DNA from: a virus
Lineage: Duplodnaviria > Heunggongvirae > Uroviricota > Caudoviricetes
DNA length: 45,234 nt
Virus record (IMG/VR): IMGVR_UViG_2579779009_000005
Direction: 5' to 3' (one strand)
In this document: one piece after another, positions 27,146 through 35,578 of the stretch
Position numbering within the stretch: the stretch's first letter is position 1
Layout of the letters: the number at the start of each line of letters is the position of its first letter
Notes under the pieces: model-generated
The model's input: the letters and a program-made list of their open reading frames with translations, nothing else
Told to the model about the DNA's origin: nothing
Database searches by the model: none
Translations under genes and position numbers: made by a program

Positions 27146-27318
27146 ACGGCCTCCTTATTGGAAACCGCAGAATGTAGAAAATCGCAGGTGCATTTCTGCA
27201 TCTGTGACAAGGTGAGGAGTTCAGATTGTGGTCGCATTTAAGTCCCCTTAAATGCGCAGAAGTCACCGGAGTTGTTCAGGCTCCGATGACATGATTATGG
27301 CTGGATGATTCTTGAAAA

Positions 27319-27969
27319 TCAAACGGCGGTATCCATGCTTTGAAGAATGGCGTGTAATGAATTTGCGGTGGAATTCTGCAGTTTTGTATCGGTTGCGGGG
27401 ATGTGTTCAAAACTATCGATATAAAATCTTACACCGTCCTGTCTCACCCAATAGACTAGCCAGTCTCCAGAAATTACATCATTACCCTTAAACGGTTTCC
27501 AAGATAGCTCAGTAGCAATACGAGAAATTTGCTCTTTTGCATTTTCTTCTCCCATCTGTTCAATAAGATCCTGGAATCTTATGATAAGTTCTTCAAACGA
27601 AGCATCTTTAGCACTAACTCCATTTTGCTCCAAAAACATCTGAATAGCATTGCGATTGCCCCGGCCTTGTAAAGCCGGCTCGGATGGATTTTTCTCAGGC
27701 GCTTCTCCTTTTTGCCTGTACGCATTGAAAGCTCGAGTGAAATTATCCTCTGAAACATGTATATGATGAAATCCGGCCAACGCACCCTTTAATTCACGCT
27801 CTTGATGACGCATTGCTAAAGTTGATGGGGCAACCTTCATTCCCTCAAGAAGCCGAATGGACTCCAACACATTTCGGGCGAAAAATCCCCTTCCATTTAA
27901 TGCGTCTTCGATTATTTTCTGAGATAGATGACTCGAGACTCTATCCTTAAAATGTTCATCAATAATCAC
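27319..27969 (-). CDS. Hypothetical protein, AT-rich (nin-region cargo)
   Basis: 216 aa. Clearly more AT-rich than its flanks. Last gene of a three-gene coupled set. No family recognised. Confidence 0.5.
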   Translation of the reverse strand: MIIDEHFKDRVSSHLSQKIIEDALNGRGFFARNVLESIRLLEGMKVAPSTLAMRHQERELKGALAGFHHIHVSEDNFTRAFNAYRQKGEAPEKNPSEPALQGRGNRNAIQMFLEQNGVSAKDASFEELIIRFQDLIEQMGEENAKEQISRIATELSWKPFKGNDVISGDWLVYWVRQDGVRFYIDSFEHIPATDTKLQNSTANSLHAILQSMDTAV

Positions 27970-28214
27970 TTCCCTTCCTCCTGTTTCAGGTAAACCGGAT
28001 CGCTAACTTTCGGTAAAGTTATCGACTTCTCGCGATAAAACTTCAGGCGCTCAAGGAAGTAATCACGCAAATGCTCTGGCTGCTCGCGCATCACCACCTC
28101 AGCGATAAGCGGCATATTCAGGCGCTCTTTGTACGCCACTCCGGAGGCAGCCAGGTCAACGTTAACCTTATCGCGATCTTCCTGCGGCTTTGCTGCAATG
28201 TTCCAGTCAGACAT
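27966..28214 (-). CDS. Hypothetical protein (82 aa)
   Basis: Start/stop overlaps with both neighbours. Confidence 0.45.
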   Translation of the reverse strand: MSDWNIAAKPQEDRDKVNVDLAASGVAYKERLNMPLIAEVVMREQPEHLRDYFLERLKFYREKSITLPKVSDPVYLKQEEGK

Positions 28215-28558
28215 TAGTCAGCAGTTCTCCCGCGCCAGCGTTTGTTACTTTCTGAGATTCGATCCGTATCGACGGATTCGACCTCCCCTTCGGAAAATCT
28301 AATGGCATTGGCTTTATTTAGTGCTGCCCTGGCCTCGTCTTCGGCCTTACTGAAATGCACCTTCTTCCGCCCCCTGAAACTGCCTGCGCGGATTTTTGAT
28401 GAGTTCTGCGCCTTGTACTTGCTGATCCGTAACTGCGCCGCCAAATGGGCTTTTGCCTCTGTACGGTTCGCAGGTTTCTTCTTGACCAACTCAAGGTCTA
28501 ATTTGTATTGCTGCTCAGCATTTAGCTTCTTGGGCTTCATAGCGTCACTCTCAAACAA
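28214..28558 (-). CDS. Hypothetical basic protein (114 aa)
   Basis: Lys/Arg-rich. First gene of the three-gene set. An alternative start at M7 is possible. Confidence 0.45.
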   Translation of the reverse strand: MFESDAMKPKKLNAEQQYKLDLELVKKKPANRTEAKAHLAAQLRISKYKAQNSSKIRAGSFRGRKKVHFSKAEDEARAALNKANAIRFSEGEVESVDTDRISESNKRWRGRTAD

Positions 28559-28941
28559 AGTCCGTTTATCATAGAATAAAAGGCCCCTAGGGGCCTTGAT
28601 TTATATCTATGGTAACTCTCGTCAACTTGTTCGTCACTTCACCTGCTGCGGAGCTGCTGCGAGCATCGTACGATAAGCAGATGCATGGTAAATGCCATGT
28701 GACACCCAGGCGGCATTAAGCATATCTGGCGTTGGCTCCTTCTGAACCATCACCCAACCATCCGGAATCACCGGAGAGTTGCTATCTTGCGTGGCACCCT
28801 GAAGCATGGCGGCGCGAGCGGTATGAGCAAAGTATTCTTATAGTCGCGGCGATGACGTGCCATGACCACCCAATTTATCTGGACAAATCACTGGAGCTAT
28901 AGGATACATAATTGCATTTTAGCTAAAGGCGTTAACTGATT

Positions 28942-29379
28942 ATGTGGCTTACTGTTTTTACTACAATTATCACTGGTGTGACCGTCTACATCATAGGTCA
29001 AATAATAACCAAATGCGCATTGGAAACGTACATCTCGTTCAAGGAGCATCTGGGAAGAATTTCGTCACTCTTACTTCGCGAGCAAAGTAAAATAATGAAT
29101 TTTAAGCCAAATAGCGAATTAATACATGAGCTAAAGGCGTCATCAGGTCTTTTAATTGCAAAATCGAAAGCAATCCCATTCTATAATTTTTTCTCAAAAA
29201 TAGGCCTTACTCCAGTTTACAGCGATGTGATTGAAGCGTCACACCAACTAAATTTAATAGCTTCCATCTTAGAAGGCGGCAACAATTCATATTCCAGTAA
29301 TCCATCTCCTTCAGGCCAATCCATCTACTCTTCTTTGAAAATCATTGGAGAAAAGCTTGATATAATTGTTTCGTACTAA
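28942..29379 (+). CDS. Membrane-anchored hypothetical protein (opposite-strand moron)
   Basis: 145 aa with an N-terminal TM helix (LTVFTTIITGVTVYIIGQII). Very AT-rich. Opposite orientation to the surrounding operon. Confidence 0.5.
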   Translation: MWLTVFTTIITGVTVYIIGQIITKCALETYISFKEHLGRISSLLLREQSKIMNFKPNSELIHELKASSGLLIAKSKAIPFYNFFSKIGLTPVYSDVIEASHQLNLIASILEGGNNSYSSNPSPSGQSIYSSLKIIGEKLDIIVSY

Positions 29380-29531
29380 TTTATTGCACCCGTACTGTTT
29401 TCTGTGCCCGTCAGCACGGGCTTCTCATGATCATAAAGTGCAGCGATTCCGCACGCGTTACAAGATATCCAATTGAGGTTATCGTCGTCATAATCAAATT
29501 CAGCCTTTCCATCGCAGTATGGGCAAGGCAT
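29376..29531 (-). CDS. Small zinc-ribbon protein (Lar-like?), not in ORF track
   Basis: 51-aa ORF MPCPYCDGKAEF...CNACG with two CxxC pairs. ATG overlaps the stop of the upstream ORF. Confidence 0.4.
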   Translation of the reverse strand: MPCPYCDGKAEFDYDDDNLNWISCNACGIAALYDHEKPVLTGTENSTGAIN

Positions 29532-29791
29532 CAGGTCGTTTTCACATCCACTGCTGGCGATAAAAGAGCGTTACTCAGCAGTACATAACCCGGTATCCAG
29601 TTACCAAGCTCAGCGACATGTGTAACGGTGACTTTGGTGAATTCACCGGTAAAGGCTTCTTCGTTCGGGTCCCACTCGCACAGATCGAGATTGTCGCCTG
29701 CCTGGTAATCTCGGTCATTCCATCTGAGCTCTGCACGCTTCTGTCCTGCGCGAACGGCTGAATAGTACTCAGGCCAAATCTTCAGATGGTG
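29531..29791 (-). pseudogene. ASCH/PUA-like (DUF3850-like) ORF lacking a canonical start codon
   Basis: 86-codon open frame HHLKIWPEYYSAVRAGQKRAELRWNDRDYQAGDNLDLCEWD... The codon preceding it is TAA and there is no in-frame ATG/GTG/TTG at the N-terminus. Confidence 0.35.
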
Positions 29792-29815
29792 TTACTGTTT
29801 TCTTGTAAATAATAC

Positions 29816-30115
29816 TCATACCCCTACCCTCCCCCAAACCATCAATACTCGCTTCATGGCCGGACTGTTCCGGCACTCCAGAAATATTCCGTTGGTGCAG
29901 CTGCGCGCGGTACCAGCCTGCTCTTCCGGCGTCGCCTGGCGATAAGTCACTGTTCGCCAGACCTTACTCACCCGGACAATCTTGCGGGCCCGCTCCAGGT
30001 CGATAGCGTTCTTCGTGATGCAGTTGATGGTCATGCCGCACTCTGTGGCCACATCCTTAGCAGTGAAGGTCCGGTGCCTTTCGAGATAACGCAGAATTGC
30101 CTGTTTGCCTTTCAT
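29816..30115 (-). CDS. ren: Ren-like protein
   Basis: Start revised to MKGKQAI (ATGA overlap with the helicase stop). Motifs KVWRTV.YR.AT.EE and ECR.S.AMKRVL match remembered lambda Ren. Confidence 0.6.
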   Translation of the reverse strand: MKGKQAILRYLERHRTFTAKDVATECGMTINCITKNAIDLERARKIVRVSKVWRTVTYRQATPEEQAGTARSCTNGIFLECRNSPAMKRVLMVWGRVGV

Positions 30116-31548
30116 CAGAAGCCCCCTTTCTTTTTCGGCTGCTGCTCGCGCCCGCGGCATTCTGCGGCAGCGGTCTGCTGGTCTGTGTCGTGAATTGCCC
30201 CGTTGAGCTGATTGCAATAAACCGTGCCGGTACTGCCATGGCGGTTGAGTCGCAGGATTAACTCGGTTTCGCCTGGCGGCACACTGTCATCGAAAGCACC
30301 TTCCCGATGGATACCAACCCAGTAGTCGCAGTCCTGTTCAATCTGTCCTGTGTCGCGGGAATCGCTCGGTAATGGGCGTTTATTCACTCGCTTCTCCAGT
30401 TCTCGGTTGAGCTGGGTCAGCAGGACGACGACGCAGCCAAGCTCTTTGGCGAGGTTCTTCAACCCTTTGGTGATCATCCCGTAGGCTAGGTCATTGCGGT
30501 CTGCTTTTTCGGCAGTCATCAGCGTCAGGTAGTCAACCAAAATCATGCCTACGCAGCCTTTCTCGCGCTTAATTCGACGGCATTCGGTAACGATATGCGC
30601 CAGGGACAGGCCAGGAGTGTCGTCGATGTACAGCATGTCGATTTCACTTAGCCGACTGGCTGTGGCGATCGCCTTCTTAAAGTCGCCGTCGTAGTCGCCC
30701 TGGTACTGGTCATCGGCGTCATCCGTGGCGGGCATGTAAAAAATGCTCGGGTTAATGCCGGACTTCTGACCAACCAGTTTTTCAAGGATCTGGTCTCCCG
30801 GCATTTCCAGGCTGAACATCAGCGCTGGCTTTTTCTCACGAACCGCGCAGTTGATCGCCATCTGCCCGTACAGGGTTGTCTTGCCCATCTTTGGCCTTGC
30901 GCCAATCACGAACAGAGAGCCTTTAACCAGACCTTTCGGCGCCAGCAGCCGGTCGAGTGACGGGATACCGGTACTCATACCGCGCTGTTCGCCTGAAGGG
31001 TCAAATCGTTTCTCCAGATCTGCTACCCAGTCATCCATAACCTCGCCGAACGAACGTAACCCACGGCGACTGCCGGTTTTTGAATGGTCTGCGAGCTGGG
31101 TGAAAATACCCTGAATGGCCTCGTACTTCTGCGTGGCGCTCATGCCGTTTCGGGAATACAGCAGCTCAGTAGCTTCGGTCAGACGGTTGATACCGTAGCG
31201 CTCCATTGCGGCTTCCCGGACTGATGCTGCGTATGCCACGATGTTTGCAGCGCTCGGTGTGTTTTTTGCGATCTGCGCGATGTAGGCGAAACCGCCGATC
31301 TGCTCCGTAAGGCCTTTGCTTTCCAGAGCGTCGAAGAGTGTTAACCCATCGACTGGCTTGTTCGCGCGGAACATGTCACGTAATTCAGCGAAGACGATCT
31401 GATGAACCCGGATATAAAACGACTCAGGCTTGAGCATCGCAAGAACCTTTTGGACTCGCTCGCTGTTGTCATCGTCCAGCAGCAGGCCACCGATAACGCT
31501 CTGCTCTGCTTCGAGGTTGTGAGGTACGGTCAGGATTTCAGAGGTCAT
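30115..31548 (-). CDS. Replicative DNA helicase, DnaB-like
   Basis: Walker A GARPKMGKT, a DnaB-like N-terminal domain (LEAEQSVIGGLLLD) and a RecA-like core. Start revised to MTSEIL. Confidence 0.8.
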   Translation of the reverse strand: MTSEILTVPHNLEAEQSVIGGLLLDDDNSERVQKVLAMLKPESFYIRVHQIVFAELRDMFRANKPVDGLTLFDALESKGLTEQIGGFAYIAQIAKNTPSAANIVAYAASVREAAMERYGINRLTEATELLYSRNGMSATQKYEAIQGIFTQLADHSKTGSRRGLRSFGEVMDDWVADLEKRFDPSGEQRGMSTGIPSLDRLLAPKGLVKGSLFVIGARPKMGKTTLYGQMAINCAVREKKPALMFSLEMPGDQILEKLVGQKSGINPSIFYMPATDDADDQYQGDYDGDFKKAIATASRLSEIDMLYIDDTPGLSLAHIVTECRRIKREKGCVGMILVDYLTLMTAEKADRNDLAYGMITKGLKNLAKELGCVVVLLTQLNRELEKRVNKRPLPSDSRDTGQIEQDCDYWVGIHREGAFDDSVPPGETELILRLNRHGSTGTVYCNQLNGAIHDTDQQTAAAECRGREQQPKKKGGF

Positions 31549-32440
31549 CACAGGCCCCCTCGCGCGTCTTGGCGTACACATCGACGTTCAGGAAGTATTC
31601 GAGAGCCTTGCGGCGCCACGTGCGTCCTGTGCGCTGGTCCGGGCGGTTTTCCAGCATCCAGCGGCAGTTGGAGGCGATGTAGTTCAGATACGCTTCCCAG
31701 TCCGCCAGGCTGAACCCAGACCCGCCGAGTTGGCGATTGGCGGCTGCTGCTTTTTTCCAGAAAGTTCGGATCATGGTACGGCGCTTGTCAGTCAGGATTT
31801 TGATGCCCTGAGCTTCAGGCAGTACACGGTGATAAATCTCGACGACCTGCTCACAGCTGATTGACGGTTTTTTCTGTTCTGGTTTTTCTTCTGCTGATGC
31901 ACTCTCTCTTACGTTAGTAAGAGAGTTATTTAATATATTGTTATCTGTGGACACTGGCTGGACATCGGCTGGACACTCCACCTCCCCAGGCATTGGTACT
32001 ACTGCGTTTGCGCTGGACACTGGCTGGACATTGGCTGGACAAAAATTTGACTGATATTCGTCATACTTGACCACTTTTAGAACAGTAAAACGGTTGTTCG
32101 ATTTGGTGGTGATCATGCCCAGGTTCTGGAATTTACGGAGTAGTGATTTAACGCGATCAGCGGTCAACCCCGTTTCCATTGCCAGCGTGTTTCGTCCGGT
32201 AATGAACTCTCCGCGTTCGCAGATCACATCGCCGACATCAGTCGATACCAGTGTCTGTTCGTGATTAGCGCGCAGGAGCAGGTGAACCCATAAATGAGCC
32301 GCTTCAGCGTCCTTGTAGAACGGCACATCCATAATTTTACGGTGCAGCAAGGCAAACCCCTTACCGCCATTCGTACGCGGTTTCTGGAGCCTTCTAGCCT
32401 CTCTGGCTTCGGCTAAATTGGATACGTTACCCACGGCCAC
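31538..32440 (-). CDS. Replication initiator (lambda O-like) containing ori
   Basis: 300 aa, upstream of the helicase. Iterons and an AT-rich tract lie inside the gene; the repeated peptide CPANVQPVS / CPADVQPVS is encoded by them. Confidence 0.65.
   Translation of the reverse strand: MAVGNVSNLAEAREARRLQKPRTNGGKGFALLHRKIMDVPFYKDAEAAHLWVHLLLRANHEQTLVSTDVGDVICERGEFITGRNTLAMETGLTADRVKSLLRKFQNLGMITTKSNNRFTVLKVVKYDEYQSNFCPANVQPVSSANAVVPMPGEVECPADVQPVSTDNNILNNSLTNVRESASAEEKPEQKKPSISCEQVVEIYHRVLPEAQGIKILTDKRRTMIRTFWKKAAAANRQLGGSGFSLADWEAYLNYIASNCRWMLENRPDQRTGRTWRRKALEYFLNVDVYAKTREGACDDL
31944..32045. repeat. Origin iterons (two clusters of three ~11-bp repeats GGACAYYGGCT) with flanking AT-rich tract
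   Basis: Direct repeats ggacactggct ggacatcggct ggacactcc ... ggacactggct ggacattggct ggacaaaaa inside the O-like gene. Confidence 0.65.
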
Positions 32441-32660
32441 TCTCCTTACGTTTCAGTTCTTCCAGAATGGCGCGCATCTTCTCTGCCACAATCGGATTAA
32501 CCGAGCGGATGAAGCGGTCGCGGGTTATGTTTTTATGTACAGCGGTATGGTAATAGCGTGGATTTTTTGCCATTATTCCTCCTGCAACTACTCTCGTTTT
32601 TGCACCAGAAAGTCGGTTCTGTTCGCGCAGACCGGCTTTCGCCATTTCTGTAGTTCTCAC
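32427..32660 (-). CDS. Small basic hypothetical protein
   Basis: 77-aa ORF with GTG start overlapping the upstream stop (an ATG 15 nt downstream is an alternative). Overlaps the tabulated O start by 14 nt. Confidence 0.35.
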   Translation of the reverse strand: MRTTEMAKAGLREQNRLSGAKTRVVAGGIMAKNPRYYHTAVHKNITRDRFIRSVNPIVAEKMRAILEELKRKESGRG

Positions 32661-33199
32661 ATAACCCCCAGCATCGAAGTGACCATGGCCATCAGCGGCG
32701 CGGTCAGGTCTGGGTCGACACGGAACATCTCTACAATCCCCTCACTGAGTTCCTTGAGCTTCTGGTGACGCGGGGCATTCATCGCAACGGCAACTTTCGC
32801 CTCGCTCGTTTCCTTCTCAAGTCGCGCTAAGCGGGACATGAAACTGTCCTCCGGAAGAAGTCGATGACGATACTCCAGCGGAAGAACGGCCATGATTGCC
32901 GGTGTCAGCTGGCGCACGTTCTCGCGGTACTGTTCGGAGTCGAAACGGTTATCCAGGAAGCGAAACAGTTTCTGGCGCGCCCGGCTGATGTCTTCCGGAA
33001 AGCTGATGGAGGTCCCGCCCTGCTCCCGGTATTCGTTGATGATCAGCGCTGACACCACGTCCTGATTGTCCAGCGCCGACGACCATGCACGGACAGCATC
33101 GCGGATCTTTTCGTGGTCTGGCGCCGCTTTAGCTTGAGCGCGGTTTATCATCGCTCCCGGGTGTATTCCGGTATTGTGTTGATACGCAAGTGAATGCAT
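32657..33199 (-). CDS. Early regulatory protein in CII position (family uncertain)
   Basis: 180-aa ORF immediately downstream of cro. RBS aaggga. Confidence 0.4.
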   Translation of the reverse strand: MHSLAYQHNTGIHPGAMINRAQAKAAPDHEKIRDAVRAWSSALDNQDVVSALIINEYREQGGTSISFPEDISRARQKLFRFLDNRFDSEQYRENVRQLTPAIMAVLPLEYRHRLLPEDSFMSRLARLEKETSEAKVAVAMNAPRHQKLKELSEGIVEMFRVDPDLTAPLMAMVTSMLGVM

Positions 33200-33228
33200 T
33201 GCTTTCCCTTTCGTGGTTAGGGCCGCCG

Positions 33229-33450
33229 TTAAGCGGCTGTAGATTTTTCGGGGTCATCCCCAAACAAAAGCCATTCTGGTTTGCACTTTAGAGCGCGAGC
33301 CAACTCAACCAAATAACGTGGGCGCTTCGTAACTCCGGCCTCAATAGCCTGAAGAGATTGCTGCTTCATGCCCGCCAGTTTTGCTAACTGGTCCTGAGAG
33401 AGGTTCATCTCTTCACGTTTTTGCTTGAGGCGTTGAGAAATTGTTTCCAT
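33229..33450 (-). CDS. cro: Cro-like repressor (HTH, XRE family)
   Basis: 73 aa with an HTH (LSQDQLAKLAGMKQQSLQAIEAG). Divergent from cI across the tripartite operator. RBS ggagg. Confidence 0.8.
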   Translation of the reverse strand: METISQRLKQKREEMNLSQDQLAKLAGMKQQSLQAIEAGVTKRPRYLVELARALKCKPEWLLFGDDPEKSTAA

Positions 33451-33459
33451 ATCACCTCC

Positions 33460-33518
33460 ACAGTTTTATCTGTATTCTGTGACAGTTATTTCTGTTTGTC
33501 AATTACAGTTTAAACTGT
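33460..33518. promoter_or_regulatory. OR: three operators ACAG-N6-CTGT with pR candidate
   Basis: ACAGTTTTATCTGT (33460-33473), ACAGTTATTTCTGT (33482-33495), ACAGTTTAAACTGT (33505-33518). pR candidate on the minus strand: TTGACA (33497-33502), 17-nt spacer, CAGAAT. Confidence 0.75.
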
Positions 33519-33567
33519 GACTATCTGGTAAGGGATCGGGTAACTTTTTCTGCCAGGATGCAGGCTA

Positions 33568-34236
33568 ATGAAAACAAGAAGAACTGAAGAGAATGAGGAC
33601 GCTGTGAGTCTTGCAGATCGCGTAAAACAGAAAAGAGCTGAACTAGGGCTAACTCAGGTAGAAGCTGCTGAGATGGCTGGTATACGTCAGCAGTCCTGGC
33701 AAAGCATTGAAGACGGGAAAACCCTTAAACCTCGTAATATAATTGGTATAGCCAAGGCGCTTAAATGTGATCCGGACTGGCTGATGAACGGCGGCGCATT
33801 CATGCCGATGGCTGAGGTTAATAGCAGGAGAGTACCGTTGATAAGCTACGTTCAGGCAGGAGCCTTAGCTGAAAAGAATCCTATAGAGGCCTTTGACGGT
33901 AGTCTTGAATACATATTGACCGATCTCGACGTCTCCCAATACAGCTTTGCTCTTCGTATAGAAGGCGATTCAATGGAGCCTGACTTCAAAGCTGGAGATG
34001 TAATTATCGTTGATCCAGAGATAGAGCCTACCCCGGGCGAATTTGTAGTTGCCAAGAATGGAGGAACACAGGCAACATTCAAAAAATACCGCCCAACCTG
34101 GATTGATCCCAAAGGCTGCCAGCACTTTGAGCTGGTCCCTCTGAATGACGACTACCCCGTGATTAATAGCGATCAACAGCCATTAACTATTATCGGCGTG
34201 ATGATTGAACACCGTATTTACCGCAGAAAGCGCTAA
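33568..34236 (+). CDS. cI: CI repressor (HTH + S24 LexA-like peptidase)
   Basis: N-terminal HTH, an Ala-Gly cleavage-site candidate (VQAGALA), catalytic Ser in GDSMEP and a downstream Lys. Confidence 0.85.
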   Translation: MKTRRTEENEDAVSLADRVKQKRAELGLTQVEAAEMAGIRQQSWQSIEDGKTLKPRNIIGIAKALKCDPDWLMNGGAFMPMAEVNSRRVPLISYVQAGALAEKNPIEAFDGSLEYILTDLDVSQYSFALRIEGDSMEPDFKAGDVIIVDPEIEPTPGEFVVAKNGGTQATFKKYRPTWIDPKGCQHFELVPLNDDYPVINSDQQPLTIIGVMIEHRIYRRKR

Positions 34237-34257
34237 CTCCACCCTCCTCTTCAAATC

Positions 34258-34281
34258 AACCGGCTTATGCCGGTTTTTTTT
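34258..34281 (+). terminator. Intrinsic terminator after cI
   Basis: Stem aaccggc-ttat-gccggtt followed by tttttttt. Confidence 0.6.
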
Positions 34282-34311
34282 CGCCCGCACAAAAATAAAT
34301 CCAATGGAAAT

Positions 34312-34384
34312 ACAGATAGATATGTATTTACCCATCAAAATACAGTTTTGTCTGTTGACGATATTACAGTTTTATCTGTATCTT
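34312..34384 (+). promoter_or_regulatory. OL operators with pL candidate
   Basis: ACAGTTTTGTCTGT (34342-34355) and ACAGTTTTATCTGT (34366-34379), plus the half-site variant ACAGATAGATATGT. -35 TTGACG at 34355-34360 and a -10-like TATCTT about 18 nt downstream. Confidence 0.6.
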
Positions 34385-34389
34385 TAATC

Positions 34390-35059
34390 CATCGAAACGA
34401 AACATCGACAGCTGAGCGAAGTTAGCCAGCGGCGGACAGCAAGTCGCCTGCTCATTAACAACATGCAGATTTACAGCGTCAATGACCTGTTTAGACCCTT
34501 ACACGAGAAACGTGCTGTATCACCGGGTGCGATCCGGTCGGTGAGAGAGTATCCCCGCGCGAGAGCGAGAACGGCGTGAGAACGGGCAACACTGGCAGAG
34601 AGTTGGCGCTGATTCACCAATGAAGCACTAACGCGGACAGACTGCACTTTCAAGCCGCAGTAATGATGCGGCCCCGAGTCTCCGAGAGAGAGCCAGACGC
34701 AGGCCCGAACTGCGACATACCGCTGGTCAGGGTTAATCGAGGAAAAGGGTATGCCGGTAAAGCAGCGCGAACGCCAGACGCGCGCCGGTTATGAGCGGCG
34801 ATGAGCGACAAGGTCTCAAGGGCATGAGCGCGGCCACTGCGAGAGTGTGGCGAAGTGCTTTGGGGTGTGGTGGCGGTGTCCTCAAGCGAGGTGCAACGCT
34901 AGCAGCGCGATAAGACCTGAGAACCAGCTGAGCCAGTTGTGTAAAGGCCAATACGACAATAGGGCGTTCAGGAAATAAGTGAGAGTGGCGACTCAGTGCC
35001 AGTCAACCACACCGACCAAAGCATTTCTCCCGCATCAGCGGGTAACGACAGAGGGTAAG
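34390..35059 (+). other. ORF-poor GC-rich pL leader; candidate cis-acting RNA region
   Basis: About 650 nt downstream of pL with no plus-strand ORF above ~43 codons. Short direct repeats (atgagcg x3, gagaacgg x2) and several stem-loops including cacg-AGAAA-cgtg. Confidence 0.3.
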
Positions 35060-35263
35060 GCGATGGATTTTAAGAAAGGAGATGTTGTTACGTGGTCAAG
35101 CCAGGCCGCGGGCAGCTGGAAGACGAAAACTGGTGTGATTACGGAAGTGTGGGAATACAAAAAACAAACGCGTTACACCGTAAAAGTTGATCCGAAGGAG
35201 GGGTCAACGGCGAAACCGAAGTTTTACTACCCACGCACATCAGCACTACAGAAAGTGTCATGA
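35060..35263 (+). CDS. Small hypothetical protein, first gene after pL
   Basis: Start revised to MDFKKGD (RBS gagggtaagg). 67 aa. Followed immediately by a terminator. Confidence 0.45.
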   Translation, partial: AMDFKKGDVVTWSSQAAGSWKTKTGVITEVWEYKKQTRYTVKVDPKEGSTAKPKFYYPRTSALQKVS

Positions 35264-35284
35264 CCCGCTCCGGCGGGTTTTTTA
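35263..35284 (+). terminator. Intrinsic terminator after first pL gene (tL1-like)
   Basis: Stem acccgctccggcgggt followed by ttttttt on the plus strand. Confidence 0.6.
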
Positions 35285-35404
35285 TCGGCCATACATAGGC
35301 AGATTTTCGAGTCTGCCCATTTATGACAACCGGCGGCCATCCACCGCCCATTAGCGCAGAAGTCTTTTAACGTTCAGCAGCCCGGCTTAAGGGCGGAGAT
35401 GATT

Positions 35405-35578
35405 ATGTCAAAACATTGTGAAAATTGCGGATGCGCAATCCGATCCGGATATTGCACAAACTGCCAGGAAGAAGCGTTTATCGCGTTCGTTCAGGCCCCT
35501 GAGATGGAATTTAGTGAAGAGTTCTTGCGTGAAGCATTCCGTCAGGACTTCGAGGCAAATCGCCGGGAGGGATCATGA
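35405..35578 (+). CDS. Small zinc-ribbon protein (57 aa), not in ORF track
   Basis: MSKHCENCGC...CTNC. RBS ggag. Stop overlaps the next start. Preferred over the tabulated overlapping ORF 35418..35630. Confidence 0.4.
   Translation: MSKHCENCGCAIRSGYCTNCQEEAFIAFVQAPEMEFSEEFLREAFRQDFEANRREGS

Noticed and set aside
27232-27256. Perfect 10-bp inverted repeat cgcatttaag-N5-cttaaatgcg as a terminator
   Set aside because: No U-run follows on either strand. More likely a protein-binding palindrome or RNA stability element; mentioned under the nin-region finding rather than called as a terminator.
34400-34960. N-like antiterminator protein in the pL leader
   Set aside because: The only Arg-rich frame (MPVKQRERQTRAGYERR) stops after 17 codons and no frame continues as a plausible N protein. 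Retained only as a possible decayed remnant within the leader finding.
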